DNA of 55,232 nt, from the IMG/VR virus record IMGVR_UViG_3300011440_000024, positions 1 to 55,232 of that record, one strand, 5' to 3'. Positions 30,901 to 39,361 of this stretch are shown here, piece by piece (positions within the stretch are counted from its first letter, which is position 1; each line of letters opens with the position of its first letter). Both the position numbers and the translations under genes were made by a program. A model generated the notes under the pieces. That model was given only the letters and a program-made list of their open reading frames with translations, was not told the DNA's origin and did not search any database. The stretch is from a virus (taxonomy: Duplodnaviria; Caudoviricetes).

Positions 30901-31328
30901 TAGAATTGAGGAGAGTTGTAGACTTTGAAAGTTTCAAGATGATCCATTGCGTGAAACAACGAAAGATATTGAGGTATCGTAAATGGTGCTGTCGTGTAAT
31001 ACACTTCTTTTACACCAGCAGAAAAAAGAGCTATAGCACAATCTCTGCAAGGTTTTGCAAGCGTCACGTTTCCACTTTTGTTAGATACAGCAGCAATGTA
31101 GGCAATGGTATTCTCAAGACCAGTATTCCTGGCTCTAGCTATTGCATGAATTTCGGCATGAAGTGAATATAGTCTCCATTCCTTCATTTCAGGAACGTGT
31201 GCCCATCCGTTAGAAACGGTCTTGTTGTCCCTCGTCCTGATAACACAGCCCATTGCATACTTACCGCAGCGGCTACGCTTCGCAATCTTGATAGCTTCCT
31301 CAATCATGGGAATAGGTAAGGGTGCCAC
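30900..31328 (-). CDS. Zn-dependent cytidine/dCMP deaminase-family protein
   Basis: HAE and PCxxC motifs. Confidence 0.85.
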   Translation of the reverse strand: MAPLPIPMIEEAIKIAKRSRCGKYAMGCVIRTRDNKTVSNGWAHVPEMKEWRLYSLHAEIHAIARARNTGLENTIAYIAAVSNKSGNVTLAKPCRDCAIALFSAGVKEVYYTTAPFTIPQYLSLFHAMDHLETFKVYNSPQF

Positions 31329-31469
31329 CGTTAGGTAGCACCCTTACGCATCCTTTCTTGGTTAGAAGCGTACCTGCTCAGAAACCGCCCGAGCATGTCG
31401 CCATAGAAGTCGCACATGGATTCCAGAAACCAGATCACGGACGCTGATCCGTACTGCCCTGATTTCCAC

Positions 31470-32006
31470 TTACAGTACCGAGCCTGCTGTTGCTCTACTA
31501 CCAGTTGTTGCACCTGCTGGCTTAACACCCATAACAGGATTGTCGTACTCTTCGGTCACTTCGTTCATCTTCTTACCGACGACTACGACTAGCTCGTTAC
31601 CGACAATCTCATCCTTCTCGTCATTGAGATTGAACTTCTTATTGCTCAACTTCTCATCGGTAACACCTGCGGCACGAAGGAAGTTAACAAGCGCACCGTT
31701 TAGCTTCTTCTTCTTATCTGCATCGTGATCCTTCGGTGCGATCCAATACGTCTTGAAGAAACACTTGTTAGCCACCTTAATACCCTTACGCTCTGGCTCG
31801 TCAAGACTTACACGAAAACGAACATTGAGTCCTGGCGTGCCCTCGGGAAGTGCGCCACCTGCGTTACCAACGTAAGACCAGTCAGCATCGTCAACAGTAC
31901 AATTGTACGAACCGGACGGTGCTGCTTCAAAACCACCTTGTCCTACTGAATCGTCATAATCGGTAAGATCAACGATACCTTCAAAGTCTACCATTGAATC
32001 GCTCAT
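31470..32006 (-). CDS. Single-stranded DNA-binding protein (DUF669-like)
   Basis: GFEAAPSGSY start, OB-like pattern, next to AAA ATPase. Confidence 0.7.
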   Translation of the reverse strand: MSDSMVDFEGIVDLTDYDDSVGQGGFEAAPSGSYNCTVDDADWSYVGNAGGALPEGTPGLNVRFRVSLDEPERKGIKVANKCFFKTYWIAPKDHDADKKKKLNGALVNFLRAAGVTDEKLSNKKFNLNDEKDEIVGNELVVVVGKKMNEVTEEYDNPVMGVKPAGATTGSRATAGSVL

Positions 32007-32788
32007 GCTGCTTTCCTCTCTTCATCTTGTACGGTTTGTCGTTTAACCCATAGATCGGGAATCGTAACATCTACTTCTACGTTTGCGAAACCACAGTTAC
32101 GTTGTTTTGCTGCAACACGATCTGTCTTGATAAACTGAATACTTCTTACTATGGTATCCCCATCTACCTCCGCTTTCATATAACCAACGAAGTCTAGGAA
32201 CCCTGGAATTTGCTTACGCAGTTTCCCCGATAGCATCGGATAATACTGAATCTTACCTAGTGAGTCTTGCACGTCTGCTACATGAGACGTTAGAATCACG
32301 TTGCAAGGTAGATCACGAAGCATACGAACAACACGACGCATATGGGCACCACTCTTACCATATGCATACTGGTCGGGTACATCTTCGTCCAGACGGGGAT
32401 TGTTCTCTGCTCGTTCTCGCATGATATATGCAATATCAAGACTTGCAAATTCCGAGAACGTATCAATGCCGATGGTCTTGTAGTGTAGGTTACCTTTGCT
32501 GTCGATACTGTCATACAACATGGTGATGTTGTCGATCATTTCATCATAGCTACGAATAGGCTTAACATCAATGTCAGGCTTATTCTTTAGAGTTTCGATT
32601 CCACCATCAATGTCAAAAATTAGCAATGGTGAAGTCATGGGATGATCTTGCGCTGTACCTAATAGGTGTGTCTTACCTGCTCCGTATTCTGCAAAGAGCA
32701 TACCATTCAACCACTTGGTAATCTCCGTCGGAGACTGGACACCCAACTTCTCTCTAATTGGAATAGTTGCGGTCTGTGCCATAATCAC
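32003..32788 (-). CDS. AAA_24 / Sak4-like ssDNA-annealing ATPase
   Basis: GAGKT, DIDGG, IGIDT, ILTSH, DFVGY motifs. Confidence 0.85.
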   Translation of the reverse strand: MIMAQTATIPIREKLGVQSPTEITKWLNGMLFAEYGAGKTHLLGTAQDHPMTSPLLIFDIDGGIETLKNKPDIDVKPIRSYDEMIDNITMLYDSIDSKGNLHYKTIGIDTFSEFASLDIAYIMRERAENNPRLDEDVPDQYAYGKSGAHMRRVVRMLRDLPCNVILTSHVADVQDSLGKIQYYPMLSGKLRKQIPGFLDFVGYMKAEVDGDTIVRSIQFIKTDRVAAKQRNCGFANVEVDVTIPDLWVKRQTVQDEERKAA

Positions 32789-33009
32789 CCCCTCTCACTA
32801 CCGTAGTTTAAAATGATATCAGGATATCTATGGAGAGGACAAGAATCAGGTTTGCCGTCGTTACAAGGACAATTAGTTTCAAAGCAATCATTACACAATC
32901 CCCAATTTACAATTAAATCTTCAATCGGAACACCTACTCGGCACCGTTCGCAAGGTAGTATCGTTCTAGTTAGTTCCATTACCGATTGAAGAACGTACCG
33001 TAAACCCAC
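32785..33009 (-). CDS. Small Cys-rich protein
   Basis: CxxC pairs; start uncertain. Confidence 0.4.
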   Translation of the reverse strand: MGLRYVLQSVMELTRTILPCERCRVGVPIEDLIVNWGLCNDCFETNCPCNDGKPDSCPLHRYPDIILNYGSERG

Positions 33010-33048
33010 AACAGTAAAAAGAAAAGCATAAGAAGACCTGCTAGAAAT

Positions 33049-33225
33049 TCAGCTATCAGAATCATTTGGAACGTCCCCATAATGGTATTCAGGGAAGTAG
33101 TATCCTTTACAGAAATCGCAATAGATCATACCTTCTGTACTCACCTTCTCATACTCGGGCGTAAAGTCTTTAGTCTCTTCTTCTAGTTCTTCTTCAGTTA
33201 GAACTTCAAACGCAAACTCAACCAT
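33049..33225 (-). CDS. Small acidic protein (58 aa, not in ORF track) with FAFEVLTEEEL N-terminal motif
   Basis: MVEFAFEVLTEEELEEETKDF...CDFC. Confidence 0.55.
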   Translation of the reverse strand: MVEFAFEVLTEEELEEETKDFTPEYEKVSTEGMIYCDFCKGYYFPEYHYGDVPNDSDS

Positions 33226-33368
33226 TCTCTAACATCTTTTTGATTACTTGAAGAACATGAGTACCACAGCACAAAACTCCATTGACAGTGTATTTAGCAA
33301 CTGAATTGCAGTATCCATATTTCTCATCACGATGTATACACTTCACGAAACCTTGATATTTGGCAATG

Positions 33369-34625
33369 TCAACGATCACGATTAACCTCGTAACCATCTT
33401 CTAGCATTCCTTGCCAATCTGAACCATCATCCTTAGCGATACATGGTACGCGGAACGCGCAGTTAAGACAACTCTTAGCGCCAGTTGGGTTAGGATAAAT
33501 CTTCAGGTCAACGTCCAACATTTCTGCTGCCATCATCCTGATATGATTACCTGCGTTCTCTATCTCTGCATCATTTCGGAACACCACATCGCGCTGCACA
33601 AATAGATCGTCGCCCTGACGCACGAGATAGTCGTAGTAGGATTGTGCGCGCTCATCGTCTTCATACCAAAGTTCAAGACCATGCTCTCTAATGGATTGCA
33701 TGAATAGTTCAGCAGTTGTCCCTTCATTCTGTCTATCTACTGACAAGAAACCACTCTTTAACACTGTGGGCGGTTTAGGATAGTTCTTCTTCATCGCGTT
33801 AACGATGATACGATCTACTTCATGCGCGTACCAAGGTAGATCATAAGTCTTAGCTTCCTCTTTCGTTGCCCACAAATAATTCGTGAACTGCTCATCCTTC
33901 TCGTTCTTCAAGAAGTAATCTTCATCTATCCTTGCCGCTGTCTTGTAGTCCATAACTCCGAATTTATCTCGGTCTGGATACCAAGCTATTTGATCTCTTT
34001 TTCCTCTGGCGTGGACTTCAATCGACTGTCCATAATTCGGAGAATCTTCACGTCGATCAATCGCCTCAAATCCGAGGGGGATAGAGTAAGTGCTTTCGAC
34101 GGCAACGACTTCAAAGTCATCCTTTCGTTCAGCGTACTCTTTATAGAACGTGAGCATACCAACACCAAGTGCTTTATGCTCCATAAATTCTTCTTCAATA
34201 GGATCAGGCAGAATATCTCTTAGTCCTGCAATCTCCCATTTAAATACTTCACCCTTATTTCCAGTTCCTTCTACCTCAATTAGACGAGGATGAATGTCGT
34301 AAGTAAGATTCAACCACTCTTCACCTACGATACCACCTTCCCATTGATAGTTAAACCAAGTGAGGAAGGTTTCAACAGGATCACGTCGAAGCATCGGATC
34401 ATAATACTTCTCCAATGCATAGTGAATACCAGTACCAAACCAAAGTGGAAAACTAACACCGTAAATATCAACACGGTGTCTTAGGTTAGTTCTAGTAGGT
34501 GATGACCAATCCCAATATCTACGACAGCGGCGATAGTTACCGAGGTCGGATGTATGAATTGGTATAATGTCCCACTTCGACGGAATCTCCGGTTGACGAA
34601 GCTGGACTTCTACACTCGTAGACAT
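33369..34625 (-). CDS. PD-(D/E)XK exonuclease (Cas4/RecB-like, Fe-S cysteines)
   Basis: C.RY, FGTGIH, GKRD, DYKT, Q...Y, C..C.F...C. Confidence 0.85.
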   Translation of the reverse strand: MSTSVEVQLRQPEIPSKWDIIPIHTSDLGNYRRCRRYWDWSSPTRTNLRHRVDIYGVSFPLWFGTGIHYALEKYYDPMLRRDPVETFLTWFNYQWEGGIVGEEWLNLTYDIHPRLIEVEGTGNKGEVFKWEIAGLRDILPDPIEEEFMEHKALGVGMLTFYKEYAERKDDFEVVAVESTYSIPLGFEAIDRREDSPNYGQSIEVHARGKRDQIAWYPDRDKFGVMDYKTAARIDEDYFLKNEKDEQFTNYLWATKEEAKTYDLPWYAHEVDRIIVNAMKKNYPKPPTVLKSGFLSVDRQNEGTTAELFMQSIREHGLELWYEDDERAQSYYDYLVRQGDDLFVQRDVVFRNDAEIENAGNHIRMMAAEMLDVDLKIYPNPTGAKSCLNCAFRVPCIAKDDGSDWQGMLEDGYEVNRDR

Positions 34626-34680
34626 ACTACACTACCCCCGTTTCTGCTCAAAGTCTCTAAATGGACTTTCGAGCCTAGCC

Positions 34681-34709
34681 ACCCTATCACATCTGCTCTT
34701 AAAAGTCAA
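34681..34709 (-). promoter_or_regulatory. Sigma70-type promoter TTGACT-N17-TAGGGT
   Basis: Exact 17-nt spacer, TG before -10, intergenic. Confidence 0.65.
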
Positions 34710-34717
34710 GCACACTT

Positions 34718-35380
34718 CTACGTTTTTGTTTTAGCAACTTCCCCATGATATAGCTTTAAACTGTTTGGGAAGTATTCTATTCTAATTTCGTTCCAACGTT
34801 TCTCAGTGATCTGCTTCAATCTGTATCTATTGCGCCAACGTTCGTAACAACCGCCACAGCCGCGAGTAATGTTTGTCCGTGGAGTTCCACACTTATTACA
34901 TTTATCTAATCCACGTCCGTTGCGGCGTTCTGTCTGCCAGCGTATTCGTTCATCGGTACTGTATTCATTTTTTCGATGTATTGAAATAAGTTCAAGCATC
35001 ACTTTACGAAGACTATTCTTCTGGACATACTTACGTGTAGAACTTACGAAGACTTGCCGAATCTGATACAGAGATAGACCAGTACGAATAGATAGCTCTG
35101 TCATGCCAATACGGTTAACTGCTTCATTATAGTACGGACGTGCAATCCTGATATCAACGTAACCATGATGAGAGCCAGGCTTGGCACTTTTAACTTTATC
35201 CCAAGCATAACATAATCGACACCATGAAGTCAACTTACCAGTACGACGAACGTAATAGTATTTCTCTGTAGCAGGCAACCATTCAGGTTGTTCATGTGCT
35301 GAACCTGAACAGAGCTTATTCCATACACCGTCAATTAAATGGTAACGTCCTGATTTTAATTGTTGTTCGGAAGGAACCAC
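34718..35380 (-). CDS. Hypothetical Cys-containing DNA-binding protein
   Basis: CxxC pairs and possible HTH; basic. Confidence 0.5.
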   Translation of the reverse strand: MVPSEQQLKSGRYHLIDGVWNKLCSGSAHEQPEWLPATEKYYYVRRTGKLTSWCRLCYAWDKVKSAKPGSHHGYVDIRIARPYYNEAVNRIGMTELSIRTGLSLYQIRQVFVSSTRKYVQKNSLRKVMLELISIHRKNEYSTDERIRWQTERRNGRGLDKCNKCGTPRTNITRGCGGCYERWRNRYRLKQITEKRWNEIRIEYFPNSLKLYHGEVAKTKT

Positions 35381-35392
35381 GATGTAAAAGGA

Positions 35393-35608
35393 TCATTCCT
35401 CGTTCTCGTAGCGTAACCGTCGTACTGAATCTAGTTGCGCTTCCGTCCAAGGTTCGGGAAGTTGGCAGGTGCAAACTTCGTCCGACTCGCAAGCCTCATA
35501 CTTACAACTACCCATGATTGATACGAGCGTACCGTGTAATTCACCGTGAGGTAATTGTTGTTTAGTTCCTAGGGAAACCGTAGTTGCCCCTCTCTTAAGT
35601 GCCATCAT
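35393..35608 (-). CDS. Hypothetical protein
   Basis: ORF with GGGGG RBS. Confidence 0.4.
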   Translation of the reverse strand: MMALKRGATTVSLGTKQQLPHGELHGTLVSIMGSCKYEACESDEVCTCQLPEPWTEAQLDSVRRLRYENEE

Positions 35609-35620
35609 TCCCCCTAAACT

Positions 35621-37192
35621 TCATTGACTATCGCCATTCTCATCAACGTCCTTCTTACCGAACACTTGTGTAAACCATTTACCTTTCATGTCAAGAAGAT
35701 TCTTGATCCTACCATCAATGCTATTGATCGCATCAATGTAGATGACTTCAGGAATACCAGTTTGACCAGGGCGATACACTCTACCTACTGCCTGCATCAT
35801 GTTTTTAGGCGACCAGTCCCTATCTAGGAAGATAAGATACTGAGCGCAGGCTAGGTTAATACTCTCTCCACCTAGTTGCAAGGTACTCATCAATACCTTA
35901 TGTTCCTTCTTCGGGAAGGTGTCATGCCACATTCTATAACGCTCTTCCTCATTCAACTTAACTTCAAGATGCAAGTAAGGTACATCAGCTTTCTCTAGTC
36001 TTTTCTCCAACAGAAGCAGCGGTCCTTTGAATGATGAGAACACTACGATCTGACGTTTAATTTCATCGTCCCATCTAATCTCATCAATCAGTTCCATCAC
36101 CTTATCTAGCTTGGACGATGGTTCCTCTAGTTCAATCTCCAACTTCATACGTTCAGCAACTTCATCATAGTGAGTAGCCACAACTTTAGGAGTAGCCACA
36201 CTAATCTGACGGAGACGATTCAATGCAGAAAGAACATTAGGCGAAGTGATCGGAACACCCTGTTGATCTAGAGTATACAGTTCATGCTTAATCTCATCGA
36301 ACATCTTTCTCTGTACTGGACCGAGTGTGACTGTATGTGTATTGAATACAGGTTCACCAATCGTAGGATGTACGTTACTCATAAAGAACCGTGGCCCAAG
36401 AGATTGCTGAAGTCTGATAAGATCATCCAACTTCTCGGGTTTGATACCTAGCACGATGGATGTACCAGCTTGATCGTCAACATACTCTTCACAGTATTCT
36501 CTACGGAATCCCCAATAGCTAGGCCATGCAACAGGATCGAGAAAGTGAAGCAAAGACCACATTTCATCTGGCCTATTGACAAATCCTGTTCCTGTCATAA
36601 TATGCCTGTTATCACCACGAACTCTCTTGATCTGTCGAGTCCATTTGGTATCAGGATTCTTTAGCTTGTGAGCTTCGTCACATACAATGTTGGTCCACTT
36701 GACTTGCTTGCAATACTTTGCATTAATTGATAGCCGAGCCTTCTTCTCCTTGTCACCCTTTTCGACACGCGGGGAGAAGACCTCATAATGTGCCAGAAAG
36801 ACAATATGCTCACCCTCTCTTTTAATGTCAGTGATCTTCTGTGAAATCTCTAGATCACCAATCCTTCGCGTACACTTCTCAACACCCACGTTGTAAACGG
36901 TGGCATTGATCTTAGCTTTCGGCAACGCATCGAAGTATGTACCCTTACCTGCCTTCGATGTAATGATGAGAGTTACCGGAGTTACACCTGTTTCTTTCTT
37001 CTGTCTCTTCGCACGCTCTTGCAATAGCCATAGTGCTGTGGTTGTCTTGTAACAACCCATTTCAGACCAGTCAGCAGAATACTCAGGATGCTCAGGATGG
37101 TCAAGCATATCCTTGATAGCTTTATCCTGCCATTCCGTTGACTCATAGTATTCGGTAACTATGTCTAGTGGTTCATAGATTAGGTCAGTCAT
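35621..37192 (-). CDS. SNF2-type superfamily 2 helicase
   Basis: MGCYKT, DEAH, TGT, GESINL, QAVGRVYRPGQ; start at ATG 37192 after GGGAGG. Confidence 0.9.
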   Translation of the reverse strand: MTDLIYEPLDIVTEYYESTEWQDKAIKDMLDHPEHPEYSADWSEMGCYKTTTALWLLQERAKRQKKETGVTPVTLIITSKAGKGTYFDALPKAKINATVYNVGVEKCTRRIGDLEISQKITDIKREGEHIVFLAHYEVFSPRVEKGDKEKKARLSINAKYCKQVKWTNIVCDEAHKLKNPDTKWTRQIKRVRGDNRHIMTGTGFVNRPDEMWSLLHFLDPVAWPSYWGFRREYCEEYVDDQAGTSIVLGIKPEKLDDLIRLQQSLGPRFFMSNVHPTIGEPVFNTHTVTLGPVQRKMFDEIKHELYTLDQQGVPITSPNVLSALNRLRQISVATPKVVATHYDEVAERMKLEIELEEPSSKLDKVMELIDEIRWDDEIKRQIVVFSSFKGPLLLLEKRLEKADVPYLHLEVKLNEEERYRMWHDTFPKKEHKVLMSTLQLGGESINLACAQYLIFLDRDWSPKNMMQAVGRVYRPGQTGIPEVIYIDAINSIDGRIKNLLDMKGKWFTQVFGKKDVDENGDSQ

Positions 37193-37193
37193 G

Positions 37194-37691
37194 TTATCCT
37201 CCCTTCTTGAGTTCTGACCGTACAACCATTAGCAATCTACCTAGATGATTCTCGCCAACCCAGGTGACATTACCATCACCATCAGTAACAGGTGAACAAC
37301 CCCAATATCTATCGTTCCATGAATTACCTTCGATAAGTTCTGCATCACCCGTTGCTTTAAGTAACCTACCAAAACTAGGAAGAGCAAACTTATATCGCAA
37401 ACCTGCCAACATCACGTCGTTCTTCACTTCTTCCCAATCGGTACGAAGGATTGTATTCTTACCGAGAGTCTTAGCATGACGACAGGTTCTAGCTTTAGAG
37501 ATTGTAACTGCATCTGTGAATCTAATAGCTTTGCTAGCCTGAAAGTAATGCTCAACAGTAGGAAACTTAAGTGAGTACTCATCTTCTGTATTAACAATTT
37601 CCACACCATAAGGTGCAGCTTGAAATAGGCTGCTACTAAAGTTTGAGAGAAACTTATATGCCCCTCGGAATGAGGTTATTTGTTGCGACAT
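37194..37691 (-). CDS. NADAR-family protein
   Basis: FLSNF, TVEHYFQA.K, DWE.VK..VM, LIEGN.W.D.YWG, GEN.LG.LLM. Confidence 0.92.
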   Translation of the reverse strand: MSQQITSFRGAYKFLSNFSSSLFQAAPYGVEIVNTEDEYSLKFPTVEHYFQASKAIRFTDAVTISKARTCRHAKTLGKNTILRTDWEEVKNDVMLAGLRYKFALPSFGRLLKATGDAELIEGNSWNDRYWGCSPVTDGDGNVTWVGENHLGRLLMVVRSELKKGG

Positions 37692-37701
37692 GCTACCCCC
37701 T

Positions 37702-38145
37702 TTATTTCAATGCTTGATTAATAGCACGATTAGGTGCCATGCCTCCATTAAGGAGCCGACGGTATTTATTACGAGCTTGCTTACACTTCAAGGTAATGGA
37801 ACAAAATAGTGATTCACCGGGAGTGCCACCCTTTATCGGACCTCCACAAACAACACACAAAGGTCTAACTGCATCAGCTACCATTACCCGCGCTTTGTTG
37901 AAACTCATGCCGGACAACATAAGGAACTCTATTACATCACCGTACTTCTTAAGCCACCGTTCCTCTTTGCAAGACCAGCATAACTTTCGTTGTGATTGTG
38001 GTGGTACTTCTATGCCACAGTCAATGCATAGTCCATTGCTTTTAGTACAAGCAACACACCAGCCACTCGATTCAACGAGTTTGCTAAGATCGCCACAACT
38101 AGGGCAAACATCTTCCTCTAGTGTATAATCTAAGCAGGCACTCAA
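37702..38145 (-). CDS. Cys-rich (multi-CxxC) Zn-binding protein
   Basis: Five CxxC motifs; TTG start. Confidence 0.55.
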   Translation of the reverse strand: MSACLDYTLEEDVCPSCGDLSKLVESSGWCVACTKSNGLCIDCGIEVPPQSQRKLCWSCKEERWLKKYGDVIEFLMLSGMSFNKARVMVADAVRPLCVVCGGPIKGGTPGESLFCSITLKCKQARNKYRRLLNGGMAPNRAINQALK

Positions 38146-38150
38146 CTACT

Positions 38151-38253
38151 AGGTCAGGGATACTCTAGGCATTTCAGGTAGCCGATATAATCGGGCCTGA
38201 CTATCCAATAGGCATCGTCACCGTATTACCCTCGTTACCTGATGCTACGACCT
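38151..38253 (-). ncRNA. Candidate structured RNA
   Basis: Closing AGGUC/GACCU stem, CCGAU-UAU-AUCGG hairpin, 14-bp partner at 39476-39489. Confidence 0.4.
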
Positions 38254-38258
38254 TAACA

Positions 38259-38384
38259 TGGGGGAGGGAATCGAACCCTATTATCCGTGGAGAACTTTGT
38301 GGCTTTCGCCTAACCACGCAAATACAACGGCCACTACTAACATATGCAGAGCTTAAGTACATATGCTTTCATTCCGTTCCCCCA
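38259..38384 (-). ncRNA. Candidate multi-stem RNA with tRNA-like T-loop
   Basis: UGGGGGA/UCCCCCA closing stem, 10-bp hairpin, GGC-GAAA-GCC tetraloop, GGG-UUCGAUU-CCC. Confidence 0.55.
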
Positions 38385-38402
38385 AGCTGTTGTTACTTCA
38401 GT

Positions 38403-38477
38403 TTACGCACCATCTTCTCCATCACCACTACCACCATCATCGGGTGCTGGCTCAGTAGGCTCATCTTCCCAACGCAT
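38403..38477 (-). CDS. 24-aa acidic micropeptide MRWEDEPTEPAPDDGGSGDGEDGA
   Basis: GGGGAGG RBS and TAATG coupling to the upstream gene. Confidence 0.45.
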   Translation of the reverse strand: MRWEDEPTEPAPDDGGSGDGEDGA

Positions 38478-38719
38478 TATAACCTCCCCTCCAATGCATA
38501 GTAGAGTCTTGATTTAGCAACTACATCTAATGCATCTGAGATATCTACTGTGCGCGGTAAGTTGTTCTGCCTACTTTGTATTCCCGAATCGGATTCATTT
38601 TCTTGCCATATTCTGTGATCGGATTCGGCTTTACCCACTGAGCTTGTGCTGTCGATGCTGTCATCAACACTACTAGTACGATCATCGCTAGAACGATCGT
38701 TGTAATTCTCATTGCTCAC
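38477..38719 (-). CDS. Ser/Asp-rich hypothetical protein
   Basis: AAGGGG RBS, GTG start. Confidence 0.5.
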   Translation of the reverse strand: MSNENYNDRSSDDRTSSVDDSIDSTSSVGKAESDHRIWQENESDSGIQSRQNNLPRTVDISDALDVVAKSRLYYALEGRL

Positions 38720-38731
38720 TTCATCCCCTTA

Positions 38732-39361
38732 TTAATATGGTTTGCAAGACCAGGGCGACCAATCTTTCCCTGATGCTACAAAGTATTCATACGCTGCTAC
38801 TGCTTGTTCGAGCGGCGTGTTACCATGTCCATATGTTGAACGTGCGAAGTTGCCCATCTGGAACATACCTAGATACTGTCCATTGTGTGCCCGGACACTA
38901 TAACTTGACCCTGATTCACAACGAGATACAGCAAGTGCCTGATCGCAGTAAGCTCCAAAGACGTGACAAATTGCCTCTCGTGGGTCTTGTAACTCAACGT
39001 ATGTTCTGAACGTATCATCTGCACGACCTGCCCACTTCTTTCCATTGAACTTAAGATAATGGCAACCGTGTGTTCTACGTTCTGCGTAACTTGTTCGTGT
39101 GCGGGGAACTAAAATCTTTTCTTGCCAACTCCATGTAGCAGTTCTTTTGGTACTAATATACTTCCTAGCACGATTGAGATTGCAAGTCTGCTTGTGACTA
39201 GACTTACTAAGCACTCTTGCATTTCTCTCTACAGCATTATCGTACTTACTTATGAGTACCGACTTGCTCTCCTGCGGTACTTGCTGTTGGCTAGTTGCCA
39301 CTGTTGCACCAACTAATACAAACGCAACAGTTATGGCTAGTATGGCAGCAACTCCCTTCAG
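38732..39361 (-). CDS. Secreted lysozyme-like lytic transglycosylase, probable CTG start
   Basis: RCESG, GMFQ, W.PW motifs; AGGAGG 8 nt before in-frame CTG 39361 gives signal peptide MKGVAAILAITVAFVLVG. Confidence 0.75.
   Translation of the reverse strand: MKGVAAILAITVAFVLVGATVATSQQQVPQESKSVLISKYDNAVERNARVLSKSSHKQTCNLNRARKYISTKRTATWSWQEKILVPRTRTSYAERRTHGCHYLKFNGKKWAGRADDTFRTYVELQDPREAICHVFGAYCDQALAVSRCESGSSYSVRAHNGQYLGMFQMGNFARSTYGHGNTPLEQAVAAYEYFVASGKDWSPWSCKPY

Noticed and set aside
33369-34625. CRISPR-Cas locus because of the Cas4-like nuclease
   Set aside because: No repeat-spacer array or other cas genes; it sits in the usual exonuclease-AAA-SSB recombination module.
38295-38320. Pistol ribozyme suggested by CGUGGUUAGG...GCCAC
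   Set aside because: No downstream CCUAA pseudoknot partner or conserved core.
38259-38384. Canonical tRNA or tmRNA gene
   Set aside because: T-loop and CCA are present, but there is no D arm or anticodon arm geometry, no separate acceptor after a 5-bp T stem, and no tmRNA alanine acceptor.
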